Assembly: GCF_032191835.1 (NCBI RefSeq)
Contig: NC_083237.1
Coordinates: forward strand, 1,116,001-1,180,000
Length of the DNA stretch: 64,000 bases
Reading direction: 5' to 3'
DNA from: Heteronotia binoei
Lineage: Eukaryota
Position 1 is the stretch's first letter. Every line of letters begins with the position of its first letter. The notes below the pieces were generated by a model. It was given only the letters and a program-made list of their open reading frames with translations. It was not told the origin of the DNA and did no database searches. Positions 11,221-23,074 of this stretch are shown here, one piece after another. The position numbers were made by a program, and so were the translations under genes.

Positions 11221-14220
11221 TCTGTCAGCTTAGAGGGAACACTTCTCAGGATGCCTGCAAAGCCCCAGCTTGGTTGCTGGGCTCCTGCTGCTGATGGGGA
11301 GTCCGGAAGCCCTGGTGGCTCGGTTCACCCTTCTGCATGCCCTGAAATGCGCAAGGTGGGTGTGGGCTGCATGAGAAAGGGCTGTCAGGCTCATTGGAAG
11401 AGCAAAGGTCTGTCTAGTCCAGCGTCCTGTTTTCTCCTGCAGTGGCTCATGGGAGAATGCAGCAAAGCACGCCAGTGGTAGCCTGAGACTTCTGGGGTTG
11501 GGGGTGGGGGGCTGTCTGCATCAAGAAGCACAGATTCCTTTGCCCAGTGATGGGAAGGGGGCGAATCCAGGGTTGGGGGTGGGGAGCAGAATGACATGTC
11601 TTCTGAAAAAACTGTCAGTTGTGAGAAGAACTGAGAAAAAGACTCCTGAAACAGTTTCTCCTTTGGCACCTGTGAAATGCTTTCTAAGACAAGATTTTAC
11701 TCACCCAGAAGGTTTAGCAAGAAACAAAATCTGGACCACCGCCCATCCTGCACATTTTCAAAGATCCATTGAAATACGACTAAGTTTGTCCACAGTTAAC
11801 GTGTGTGTGTGTTGCAAAGCTCAAAGTTGTGCAGTTTAAATCACTATCCAAATATATTGCTTGCCCATGGTTAACAGTTGGAGATATTTTCTCTCCAAAT
11901 TAGACATTTCTTTTGTTTGCTACAAAAAGAGTATTTTCTGTTTTCAGTGTTTATTTTTTCCTACCTGCCAGATAGCAAAGATTAAGGGGTGTGTCCTCAG
12001 GTGTTCTGTGGGTCTTTCACCTCCTGGATGGCACAGGAGAAAAAGCCAGGAGGGAAGAGCGGAAATGAAATTCACCCCCCCCCCTCAAGTTGATGCCCCT
12101 CACACCAGTTGCCCCTTTGGGCTTATCATGCTCTCTGCGTTTGGGCAAAATAAAGGCATTTAGACTTGTTCTCTAAATGTTCTACAGTCTCATAAGCTAT
12201 GCTGTACATGATACATTTTATGTTTTTATAGAAGTCAAGTAAGCTTCAGTTCAGTAAGAAAGTATTGCATGTCTTTCAACGTTTCCAAAATTTTGTTTGT
12301 TTGTTTCTCCCCCCCTGGCTTCAAAATTTCTGGAAGCTTCATTTCCCCCTCACCCCCCACCTCCCCTGCCCAGGGTCCCTGGCAACTGGGTCCCTCTGTC
12401 TGGGCAAAGTTGGCCACTGGGCATCGGTCCTCCTTTCTGCCACAGCCTGGTTTTGTCCCCTGGGAAATAAGGTATTTCCTCCCTTGCCCCAGGAAGGGGA
12501 ACCGGGTCACTTCTGCCTGTGAGAACAGGGTTCCTGCCATCCTCAGAGGTTGGGGTGCTGATGTGAGGGTTCCCACCCAGGGAAGGGAGGGGTCTGTCGG
12601 ACAGGGTTCCCACAGCCGCGGGGGTGCCTGGAACCATGGGGCTTCGGAGGGGGGCGACTCCTCGGCCAGCTGTTCTGGAGGCGACTGGGGGTCTGGCGCA
12701 GCTGTCACTTTTTAACCGTTTTGATTTCCTTTTCTAGTCTTTTTTTGGTTTTGTTTTGTTCTGGATGTGAACTTGAAATAACGTGGCCTTTTCTCCCCTC
12801 CTCCCAAGAGCCTGTCACAGGAGACTCCAGATCTCAGCCGTCCTCAGCCTGGAGGATCCATAAATAAGCCCAACACACCCAAGAGCCTTGCCGCCACCGC
12901 CTTCTTTTTGGTTTTGCCTTCCTCTCTCTGCTGCCGGTGGCGTTTTTTTCCTTCCGCGAAGCTCAGGCAGTCAGGGCGCTCACTGTGCACAATGCAGTGA
13001 CTAGCTGAGTGTGTCTGGCCAGGAGGTAGCCAGTGAGGGACGCCGCCGGCCAGCTCCCTTCTCGTGTGCCAGCAGGAGAGCGAGGGGCCAGGCTCGGTAG
13101 ACCGGTTTTTTTTTATTTTTTATTTTTTTCCTTAAATACCCACTGAAGAAAACTCTTCGCTTGGAAGGCTTTGGAGTGTGACTCCCTCAGTGTATGTATG
13201 CCGTGTTCTGTCTTCTTAAATCAGAGCTGAGAGGAAAAAAAAAATTCTAAACACGTTCCTTGTGTTTTGCAAGATGAAATGGCAGAAGGCGTGTTTCGGT
13301 TCCTGTTGTGTTAATTCCCTTCCCCGTCAGAACTGCTTTTACTCCACCAATCCCTGACATCTGCTGACACCCCCTCCCTCTCCTGCCCGCCCCCCCCCAG
13401 GTTCACACAGGCATGGTGGTAATCCTGGAGGCCTGGCCCCCTCCCCCCCACCTTGCCAGAAAACCATCCATCTTCCCAGCGAGAGCAACCTCTGTGGTGT
13501 CAGTGGCCCTGGGGAGCCCTTCCCATCAGCCCCCGAGGCCCCACGCTTGAGAATGCCCCTCCTCAGCCAGTGGCCGGAAGGGGGCCTGGGCTGCACACCT
13601 TACAAATGGGGGGGGGGGCGAGAAGATGGTGGCACAGCACGGTGGTCTCCGCCAGGTGGAGGAGCCGTGGAGAAACGATGCAGTCAGGGAGGGACCAGGG
13701 GGGGCGGGGGGAGCTGCAGCAGCTCTAGAAAGCAGCCTCAAGAGGAGAGCAGCAGGATGCGGGGGGGGGAGGCCCAGGGCAAAAGAGGAGGCTAGCAGTG
13801 GGTTGCGCCTTCTCCCCACTGGACTCTTCCCATTTTTCAGGGTTTTCCCCCTCACCTGAGTGGCACAGCTCCCTAGGAGAAAAAGTCAGAGGGGAAAATG
13901 GAATTCACCCCCCCCCCACAGTTGACACCCCTCACGCCAGTTGCTCCTTTGGGCTTAGCAAGCAGACCGCAGCTGGGCCTCTTGGGGCTGGCCTGCTGAT
14001 TGTCAAGGCCCTGCCTCTTGGAGGTGCTCCATTTGCCCTGCCGACAGTCAGCTTCTTCAGGCACCCCCCTCCCCCCGCCCCTGTCTCCACAGAAGAGTGG
14101 CGCCTGGGTCCCCCCCCCCTTGCTTTGCATGCATGGAGAACTGACAGAGGGCTCTGGGGCTGACGCGCCTCCTTCTCCTCTCCCTCTTTTTGTGCTTCTC
14201 CCACCCCCACCTCTTTCCAG

Positions 14221-14390
14221 GTTCCAGTCCAAGTATCACCCGGACAAAGCTGGCCGGAGGAAGCAGGAAGCCCACAGCGCCCTCCAGAACCGCCTCAGCG
14301 TCTTCCTGTACCTCATGGACAACGGCTGGCTTGAGAACTTGCAGCTGGACATCGAGAAGGCCGACGGCATCATCAAGGTCCTGGATGCTG
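14221..14390 (+). CDS. SRRT: SRRT coding exon 5
   Basis: [56 protein letters not shown]. Confidence 0.96.
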
Positions 14391-14499
14391 GTGGGTGTTT
14401 GGCTGCCCCCCCTCCCCCCCGGGAGCTGAACTGGGGGCCTTCTGGCTGCCCCAGGCCCTCTCCCTGCCCTTCAGGAGGCCCCCTCTCGTCTCCCGGCAG

Positions 14500-14669
14500 C
14501 TGTCATCAAGATGGAAGGCGGGACAGAGATTGACCTGAAGATCCTGGAGCAGGAGGAGGAGGAGGAGCGGCAGGAGAAGGCGGAGCCCGGGAAGAAGGAA
14601 GACGGCCGCTTGCCAGAGCCTGAGCGCAAAGGGGCTGAGAAAGAGGACAAGAAGGAGGAGGCCAAGAAG
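14500..14669 (+). CDS. SRRT: SRRT coding exon 6
   Basis: [22 protein letters not shown]...EEAKK. Confidence 0.95.
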
Positions 14670-14807
14670 GTACGGGGGGTGGTGGTGGTGGTGTGTCTTC
14701 CTCGTTGCAGTGCTGAGGGCTCTGCTGGGCGGGGGGGGGGGGGGGGAGCTGTGAGGCCTTTGCCCAGCTTCCAGTCCTCTGACCTCTGCGCCTTCCCTCT
14801 CTTTCAG

Positions 14808-14909
14808 GCTAATGAGGAGGAGGCGTCGGAAGACAAGGCCAAGAAGTCCTCGGAAGAGGAAGAGAAAAAGACGGAGAAGAAAGAGGAGCCGGACAGAGAA
14901 GCCAAGAAG
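14808..14909 (+). CDS. SRRT: SRRT coding exon 7
   Basis: ANEEEASEDKAKKSSEEEEKKTEKKEEPDREAKK; phase 0/0. Confidence 0.9.
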
Positions 14910-15373
14910 GTCCGCTCTGAGCCGGTCGCTCGCTGGCTGGGGGTGGGCAGGGGGCCCTGTCCAGGGGGGAGCAGAGGGCACGAAAGGGCAGGCCGCAGCA
15001 GCTGGCGCTTGCCATGCCAAGCAAACTGATGTGGGCAGGGGCTGAAGGCATCTCTTGCTGAGTGGGCTGGGGGTGCTGAGGGGGGGCAGCAGGAACCGCA
15101 GGTGGCTCTTGCAGCCCCCCTTCCCTCTGCCAGAGACTCCCCGCTGGGCTTAGAACACTGCTTGGGCAAGGTGGAAGTCTGTCTGGGAGAGCGCAGGCCC
15201 CGTGCCCATACAGCCGGTCCAGCCGACCTGGCTCTCCCTTGGGTGGGGGGTGGGGTGGGGAGGCTTTCCAGTGGTCCTTGCAGCGCCACGGCTGGGCTCT
15301 GGTCGCAAATCCTGGCACTCCTGCGGCGGCGAAGGCAGCTCAGCTGGTGTGATGGGGAGCCTTTGCTTCACAG

Positions 15374-15488
15374 ACCAGCCACAAACGCAAGCGGAAGCGC
15401 AGCGGGGACGACAGTTACGACGAAGGCAGCGTCTCTGAGTCAGACACGGAGTCGGAGGGCCGGCGCCCAGAAGAGGAGGACAAGGAGG
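15374..15488 (+). CDS. SRRT: SRRT coding exon 8
   Basis: TSHKRKRKRSGDDSYDEGSVSESDTESEG... Confidence 0.93.
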
Positions 15489-15596
15489 GTGAGGCGGGGA
15501 GGCGAGAGCCGGCTGGGGGGTGGGGGGGGGCTGCCCCTCGGCTGAGGGCCTGCTCGGTGGGGGGGGGCCTAACCAGCCTCCTGCTGCCGCCCACAG

Positions 15597-15754
15597 ACGA
15601 AAAGCCCAAGGAGGAGAAGGCGGCCAAGGAGGGGGAGGAGTCCCCCACAGCCAAGGAGAAGGAGGGGGAGCCCAAGCCCCGCCCCCTGCACAAGACCTTC
15701 TCCCTCTTCATGCGCAACATCGCCCCCAACATCCCCCAGGCGGAGATCGTGTCG
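15597..15754 (+). CDS. SRRT: SRRT coding exon 9
   Basis: ...KPRPLHKTFSLFMRNIAPNIPQAEIVS (RRM start). Confidence 0.95.
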
Positions 15755-16259
15755 GTGAGTGGAGGGGGGAGGAGCTGGGGCTTAATCGGGGGTCAAGGAG
15801 TGCCCGTTGCAGCACTCTGGGGGTTCAGTTCGCAGGCTCTTACCAGGGAGAGCCGGGCTCGATTCCCCACTCCTCCACACACACCTGCTGGAGTGACCTT
15901 GGGTCATCCACAAGTTCTCTCAAGGCTGTTCCGCTCAAGAGCATTTTGTGTTAGAGCTCTCTCAGCCCCACCTGCCTCCCAGAGTGTCTGTTGTGAGGAA
16001 GGGAAAGGAAACGAGATAGTAAGCTGCTCTGAGACTCCTTCAGGTAGTGAAGAGCAAGGTAGGAATCTTCTGAATCTGGGGCTGCTTCCCCCGCCCCTCT
16101 GCAGCCTGCATTTCTCTTGCTTTCCTAAGGGGAAGCCACCGAGTGGTGATTCAGGAGCCCAGGGGCAGAGTCCTTTCCTGCCCGGCTGTCTTTCTGCGGG
16201 AGGGGGGCAGGGTGATGTCTGGCCTTGGGCGGCTCTGAGCTCTTCTCCTTCCTCCCCAG

Positions 16260-16321
16260 CTCTTCAAAAAAAGCCCCGGTTTCATGCGTGTGGCCCTGTC
16301 AGATCCCCAGCCAGAAAGGAG
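16260..16321 (+). CDS. SRRT: SRRT coding exon 10
   Basis: LFKKSPGFMRVALSDPQPER. Confidence 0.95.
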
Positions 16322-16580
16322 GTAAGGTGGATTCCGTCTCCCCTCTCTCTGCCTGGCACTCAGCCTCCTGCCCTTCCTTTGGCAGAGGCGGGGTGCCCGG
16401 TGGGATGCGCTCCCCGTGACTGGCCTCCTGGGGGTGGCGGGCATCATAGACAAGCCGTTGGGAGGGGTCCATCAATATCTCTCCTGTTGTCATTGTGAGG
16501 GGGAAATGAGAGAAGCTTCCCTAAGCATCAAAGGAAGGGGGGGGGGTAAGCAGGAAACTGAAGAGAAGCCCTCATGATGT

Positions 16581-17070
16581 GAGAGCCAGTTTGGTGTAGT
16601 GGTTAAGTGTGTGGACTCTTATCTGGAGAACCGGGTTTGATTCCCCACTCCTCCACTTGCACCTGCTAGCATGGCCTTGGGTCAGCCATAGCTCTGGCAG
16701 AGGTTGTCCTTGAAAGGGCAGCTGCTGTGAGAGCCCTTTCAGCCCCACCCACCTCACAGGATGTCTGTTGTGGGGGAGGAAGGGAAAGGAGAATGTGAGC
16801 CACTCTGAGACTCTTCGGAGTGGGGGGCGGGATATAAATCCAATATCTTCATCTACCTCACAGGGTGTCTGTTGTGGGGGAGGAAGGGAAAGGAGATTGT
16901 GAGCCGCTCTGAGACTCTTCGGAGTGGAGGGCGGGATATAAATCCAATATCTTCATCTACCTCACAGGGTGTCTGTTGTGGGGGGGGAAGGTAAAGGAGG
17001 TTGTGAGCCGCTCTGAGACTCTTCAGAGTGGAGGGTGGGATATAAATCCAATATCTTTTTCATCTTCTTC
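16581..17070 (+). mobile_element. Squam3-like SINE with its 3' 104-bp segment present three times
   Basis: Repeated junction AATATCTTCATCTACCTCACAGG. Confidence 0.8.
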
Positions 17071-17094
17071 TCATCCGAGTCGTTCCTCTTTCAG

Positions 17095-17173
17095 GTTTTT
17101 CCGAAGAGGCTGGGTTACTTTTGATCGGAGTGTCAACATCAAGGAAATCTGCTGGAACCTCCAGAACATGAGG
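17095..17173 (+). CDS. SRRT: SRRT coding exon 11
   Basis: [26 protein letters not shown]. Confidence 0.97.
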
Positions 17174-17871
17174 GTAAATCTGAGTGGAGAAGGGACCTTT
17201 TTTGCCCTGTCAATTGAGACGCTTGGCTAATGCTGTTAGAAGCAACTTCAAGCAGCTCATACAGGAAACTGAGTCCAGAAAGTCCGTTTATTTGCAGACG
17301 GCACAATTCCGTGCCTAGCAAATAATTTGTCACAGGATTGGCATCATTTACTGCAGGAATATGGGAGAGGGGGGAATCTCAGTTATGTGTAAAGAAAGAG
17401 AAATGAGAGATTCTAAACTCGTTTGGTGTCGTGGTGAAGAGCTGCAGACTCTAATCTGGACAATCTGGTTTGATCCCCCCCTCCTCTTTCACATGCAGGG
17501 GAGATGGGGGGTTCCAGATCTGTATCTCGGTTGCTCAGATCTCAACGCAGAAGTATCTTTCTATATAGATTCAGGGAACTCTGGTAAAATATGGCTTAAT
17601 CTTGAAGGATCTTGTTGCAACCAGTGTATTTTAGGTTGTTTGTTTATGGTATGGCAGAGGTACACACAGGGAGTGTATAATAATATAAAATCCTCCTGCA
17701 CCCTGGATAATGCTAAAGAGCTGGAACTCCTGGCAGCCAGATGGTCATAGGATCTCCTGGTTACACCCCACACATGGAAACAACCAACCAATCAAGCAGC
17801 TTCTTAGGACTACTGGGCAGGGAGTGTCTTAGGCTGCATCCGAATCCACCAAATGAATATTGAGTCTCATT

Positions 17872-18439
17872 TGGAGTGCGGTCTCATTTGGAGTACTGTG
17901 TGCAGTTCTGGTCGCCGCACCTCAAAAAGGATATTACATCATTGGAGAAAGTTCAGAAAAGGGCAACTATAATGATTAAAGGGCTGGAACACCTTCCCTA
18001 TGAAGAAAGGTTGAAACGCTTGGGACTCTTTAGCTTGGAGAAACGTCGACTGAGGGGTGACATGATAGAGGTTTACAAGATAATGCATGGGATGGAGAAA
18101 GTAGAGAAAGAAGTACTTTTCTCCCTTTCTCACAATACAAGAACTCGTGGGCATTCGATGAAATTGCTGAGCAGACAGGTTAAAATGGATAAAAGGAAGT
18201 CCTTCTTCACCCAAAGGGTGATTAACATGTGGAATTCACTGCCACAGGAGGTGGTGGCGGCCACAAGTATAGCCACCTTCAAGAGGGGTTTAGATAAAAA
18301 TATGGAGCACAGGTCCATCAGTGGCTATTAGCCACAGTGTGTGTGTATATATAAAATTTTTTGCCATTGTGTGACACAGAGTGTTGGACTGGATGGGCCA
18401 CTGGCCTGATCCAACAGGGCTTCTCTTTTGTTCTTATGA
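17872..18439 (+). mobile_element. 5'-truncated CR1 LINE: RT C-terminus plus 3' UTR
   Basis: ORF 17876-18331 RSHLEYCVQFWSPHLKKD...LFSLEKRRLRGDMIEVYK...RVINMWNSLP; ends GTTCTTATGA. Confidence 0.92.
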
Positions 18440-18795
18440 GTATACAGAAGTAGACCTGGATGCAACATAAGCACACTCACAACATTTTTTACTAGCAGAG
18501 AAGCACCACAGATGTTAAATGACAGTAAGAGAACTTGTGCCATGTGAGGATTTCATTGCATTCATATCGTGTTGCTGAAATTATGGTAGTCGGCTTTCCT
18601 AACTTGTGACCCACGTGGCGTCTTCGTTCAGTACAATGAAGAGATTAACCTGTAACAGGGGGTTTAAAAATCCTAGCAGGGAAGAGGTGGGCAGGATCTC
18701 TTTCTCCCCTTCACGTTCGGCTGTGCTGCTGTTCCGGCGCCTGAAGCGGGGAGGGATCCGGTGGGCTCAGTCCCCTGTGTGGTCCTCTCTTCCAG

Positions 18796-18987
18796 CTGCG
18801 GGACTGCGAGCTGAGCCCCGGAGTGAACCGCGACCTCACGCGGCGTGTCCGCAACGTGAACGGCATCACGCAGCACAAGCAGATCCTGCGTAATGACATC
18901 AAGCTGGCAGCCAAGCTGATCCACACCCTGGACGACCACACCCAGCTCTGGGGGGCCGGGGAGCCCCGCCCTGCCACCGAAGTCTCG
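18796..18987 (+). CDS. SRRT: SRRT coding exon 12
   Basis: [52 protein letters not shown]...; donor GTCAGT. Confidence 0.94.
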
Positions 18988-19018
18988 GTCAGTTGGGACA
19001 AGCCTTGGGGTGGGAGGG

Positions 19019-20045
19019 GGAGCACCAGTTTGGTGTCATGGTGAAGTGTGTGGACTCTTATCTGGGAGAACTGGGTTTGATTCCCCACTCCTGCACTTGC
19101 ACCTGCTGGAATGGCCTTGGGTCAGCCAGAACTCTAGCAGAGGTTGTCCTTGAAAGGGCAGCTGCTGGGAGAGCCCTCTCAGCCCCACCCACCTCACAGG
19201 GTGTCTGTTGTGGGGGGAAATTAAAGTAGATTGTGAGCTGCTCTGAGACTCTGAAATTCGGAGTGGAGGGAGGGATATAAATCCAATATCATCTTCTTAG
19301 AGAGCCCGTTTGGTATAGGGGTGAAGTGTGCAGACTCTTATCTGGGAGAACCGGGTTTGATTCCCCACTCCTCCACTTGCACCTGCTGGAATGGCCTTGG
19401 GTCAGCCAGAGCTCTCTTATCTGGGAGAACCGGGTTTGATTCCCCACTCCTCCACTTGCACCTGCTGGGATAGCCTTGGGTCAGCCAGAGCTCTCTTGTC
19501 TGGGAGAACCGGGTTTGATTCCCACTCCTCCACTTGCACCTGCTAGCATGGCCTTGAGTCAGCCATAGGTCTGGCAGAGGTTGTCCTTGAAAGGGCAGCT
19601 GCTGTGAGAGCCCTCTCAGCCCCACCCGCCTCACAGGGTGTCTGTTGTGGGGGAGGAAGGGAAAGGAGATTGTGAGCCGCTCTGAGACTCTCCGGAGTGG
19701 AGGGCAGGATATAAATCCAGTATCTTCATCTACCTCACAGGGTGTCTGTTGTGGGGGAGGAAGGTAAAGGAGATTGTGAGCCGCTCTGAGACTCTTCGGA
19801 GTGGAGGGCGGGATATAAATCCAATATCTTCATCTACCTCACAGGGTGTCTGTTGTGGGGGAGGAAGGGAAAGGAGATTGTGAGCCGCTCTGAGACTCTT
19901 CGGAGTGGAGGGCGGGATATAAATCCAATATCTTCATCTACCTCACAGGGTGTCTGTTGTGGGGGAGGAAGGGAAAGGAGATTGTGAGCCGCTCTGGGAC
20001 GCTCCGGAGTGGAGGGCGGGATATAAATCCAATACCATCTTCTTC
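19019..20045 (+). mobile_element. Two Squam3-like SINEs; the second has 3 x 79-bp head repeats and 4 x 104-bp tail repeats
   Basis: 79-bp units from about 19347, 19426, 19505; 104-bp units about 19630-20040. Confidence 0.8.
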
Positions 20046-20329
20046 TTCATATGACGGGCCACTTTGAAGCTTTTCCCAAGCTCAGGTTTGCTCAGAGGTC
20101 CTCCAGGTGGGCTGAGAGTCCTTGACCGGCCTCTCTCCCAGCACAGGGGGTGGTCAGCCCATTCTCCACCTTCTTGTGGGTCAGCCCCTCAGGGCCTTGG
20201 GGAGAAGCAGGTTGCCCAGAAGCAGAGAGCAGAGCCGGAGGAAGTGAATGGGCGGGTGGGCCTCCTTCCTCTTCCTTTCTCTCTGGCTCACTCTGGCCCT
20301 CTTCTCCCCCCCCCCCCCCCATTCCTCAG

Positions 20330-20500
20330 AGCTTGCCTTCCCAGAATCCTATTCTCAAGAACATCACAGACTATCTGATCGAGGAGGTGAGCGCAGAGGA
20401 GGAGGAGCTGCTGGGCAAAAGCGGGGAGACCTCCGAAGAGCCCCCCAAGGAAGGGAACCCGGCGGAGATCAACGTGGAGAGAGACGAGAAGCTGATCAAG
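20330..20500 (+). CDS. SRRT: SRRT coding exon 13
   Basis: [29 protein letters not shown]...ERDEKLIK. Confidence 0.96.
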
Positions 20501-20620
20501 GTGGGGGCGTCTCTGGGGGTGCTGCTGGTGCCCGTCGCCTTGGGGGCTTCTCCTGGGGGGCTGCAGGGAGGGCTTGGGCAGGGCCCGTCTGGAGACGCCT
20601 TCCTTGCTCTCTCCGGGCAG

Positions 20621-20774
20621 GTGCTGGACAAGCTGCTCCTCTACCTCCGGATCGTCCACTCCATTGACTACTACAACACCTCGGAGTACATCAACGAGGA
20701 CGAGATGCCCAACCGCTGTGGGATCATCCACGTGCGGGGGCCCATGCCCCCGAACCGTGTCACCCACGGGGAAG
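20621..20774 (+). CDS. SRRT: SRRT coding exon 14
   Basis: [51 protein letters not shown]. Confidence 0.97.
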
Positions 20775-21400
20775 GTGAGGGTCTGAGAGAGAGAGAGCCG
20801 TGGCCCCTCTTCGCTCGTGGCTTCGCTTCCGATGCTCTTGCCAGCCAGAGGGTTGCTGAGGCTTTGGCGCACCAGCCGGTTCCATGCACATCCTCTGCCC
20901 CCAGAGCAACAAAGACCTTTGCGTGGCTGGGAGGGCCATCATTTTGGACACAGGCTGGCACCACGCTCCAGCAAAGTGGGCTCGGCCCCGTGGAGTCTTC
21001 CTTCACAATCGATAAGTGACCGCCCCGCCCCTCCCCAGTCATTGGCTCCTTTGGTGCAGGAGGCGGGAGGCTGTGAGGCTCTCCGGAGCGGCCCTGCGGA
21101 CTGGTTCTGTGCCTTTGCTGCTGGGGGACTCGCCTTGCATTTGTGCCTGGCACGATCCTACACATCCCGCCCCCCGCCAAATCCCCTGCCATGCCCACTT
21201 GCTCGTCCTGGGGTGAGCGGGGAAGGGGGCCCTTGAGGGATGGCAGCTGGGCTCCCTGTGGGGAATCCTTTGCCCCACTGTGTCCTGTGCTTTGTGGTGG
21301 GCCCTCTCTTGGTGGCTGGCCCCAGGGGCTTCTGGGAGGGGAGCACGGCAGACCTCCGGGCTTCTCCATCCACTGTGTCCCTCGCCCCCCCCCCCCTCAG

Positions 21401-21594
21401 TGGCCGAGTGGGAGAAGACCTTTGAGGAGAAGCTGACGCCCCTGTTCAGTGTCCGGGAGTCCCTCTCGGAGGAAGAGGCCCAGAAGATGGGCAAGAAGGA
21501 CCCAGAGCAGGAGGTGGAGAAGTTTGTCACGGCCAACACCCAGGAGTTGGGCAAGGACAAGTGGCTGTGCCCACTCAGCGGGAAGAAGTTCAAG
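21401..21594 (+). CDS. SRRT: SRRT coding exon 15
   Basis: [19 protein letters not shown]...[14 protein letters not shown]. Confidence 0.97.
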
Positions 21595-21677
21595 GTAGGT
21601 TCCCCTTCCTCCCCCCCCCCCCCGCCCCCTATCCTGAGGAGCCCCCTCGGCCTCAGTCCCTGTCCTCTGCCCCATAG

Positions 21678-21834
21678 GGCCCCGAGTTTGTGCGCAAGCA
21701 CATCTTCAACAAGCACGCCGAGAAGATCGAGGAGGTGAAGAAGGAAGTGGCCTTCTTCAACAACTTCCTGATGGATGCCAAGAGGCCTGCTCTGCCCGAG
21801 CTCAAGCCCAACCAGCCCCCAGCCCCAGGGCAAG
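21678..21834 (+). CDS. SRRT: SRRT coding exon 16
   Basis: [41 protein letters not shown]... Confidence 0.97.
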
Positions 21835-22342
21835 GTCAGTGGGACAGAAGGGCTGCTGTCAAAGCCCAAGAATTGCCCCACCGGTTCAAAGGCACGAAGC
21901 CGCCAAGCTGCCTTCTGTTGCTTCTCCCCGGGGCGGCCTGGTCTCCTGTCCAGGGTTTCCGGCAGGGCTCCTTCATGTCCCCTCAGCTTCGGGCCTGCCA
22001 AGGCTCCCTCCCAGGGGTCCCTCCGGTGTTCTCGCGGGGAGCTCACCTTCGACCCAGCACGGGGGCTTGGCTGTCAAGAGGGTTCTGCTGCAGGCCCCGG
22101 AGAAGCACTTGGCGGGCGGGGAAGGTAGCTTTGCTGGAAGGCCCTGCTGGGGGGCTGCCTCGGACTTCCCTCCCGGGTCAGGGGTGGGCAGGGGGCTTGG
22201 GGAGCAGAACCAGCTTGCCGCTTCCCAGCTTGGTGCCGTTCTCAAGGCCATGAAACACACCACCTACACGCAGACGCGCGCCATTTATAACAATCAGATC
22301 CCAGCCTTTGTTCTCCGCCGTCCCTTCCTTTTGCCTCTGCAG

Positions 22343-22432
22343 GTGTGGCCCCCGGATTGCCGTACCCTCCGCAGGCCCCCCAAGGCTTGATGCCCTACGG
22401 ACAGCCCCGCCCCCCCATCCTGGGCTATGGAG
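22343..22432 (+). CDS. SRRT: SRRT coding exon 17
   Basis: [29 protein letters not shown]. Confidence 0.95.
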
Positions 22433-22977
22433 GTAGGTAGGCCCTGAACCTGCCCTCAGCTGGGCACGGCCTTTGCTGGGCTCCAGGCAGGCTGAGACAG
22501 GCTAGGAGCTGCTCTGGGTTTGGCTTCTGGGCAGATTCCTCTTCTGACCTGCAGAGAGGTCAAGCTCCGGGAGCCTGGAGGGGACACTGGGGCTCCCTTC
22601 TAGGCCTCCTTTCCGACACGCGTCCAGGACAGGTGGAAGGGCTCCTTAAGGCATTTGTAGGTGGGGCTTCAGAGAAATGAAGGGCCGTTCCCTGTGTGCT
22701 GAGCCCTGTCTGCGTGTTGGCAGAAAGACAAGAAAGAGGGGAACGGGTCTGGAGAGGGCCAGCGATGTGGTCCTGCTGCCCAAAACCGCCAGTGGTCTTT
22801 TTTGTTGGGGGTAGGGGCGGGATCGTGGCACCTGGACAGATCGCTCTCCTAGGGGGATCGGGGTGTCGAAGCTGCCCAGCGGGGAGGCCCAGCCCCTGAA
22901 CCCCGCCCCCCGCTTGCAGGATGCTCTTGTGGTGCTTTCGGGGCTGACCATGCCGACGGGGTTGTGTCTCTGCACAG

Positions 22978-23074
22978 GGGCCCCTCCCTACCCACCAGCC
23001 CCATATGCCGCTGGCAGGGGCAACTACGACACCTTCCGAGGGCAGGGCGGATACCTGAACAAGCCGCGGAACAG
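22978..23074 (+). CDS. SRRT: SRRT coding exon 18
   Basis: [31 protein letters not shown]. Confidence 0.93.

Noticed and set aside
11528-11605. Possible C/D-box snoRNA (TGATGG...CTGA)
   Set aside because: Box C deviates from RUGAUGA and there is no terminal stem.
20288-22046. Long minus-strand ORFs (194, 232, 335 aa) over SRRT
   Set aside because: Antisense shadows of GC-rich exons and introns; no recognisable domain.
22920-22977. Alternative upstream acceptor for SRRT coding exon 18
   Set aside because: Adds 58 nt and shifts the frame; no support from sequence alone.
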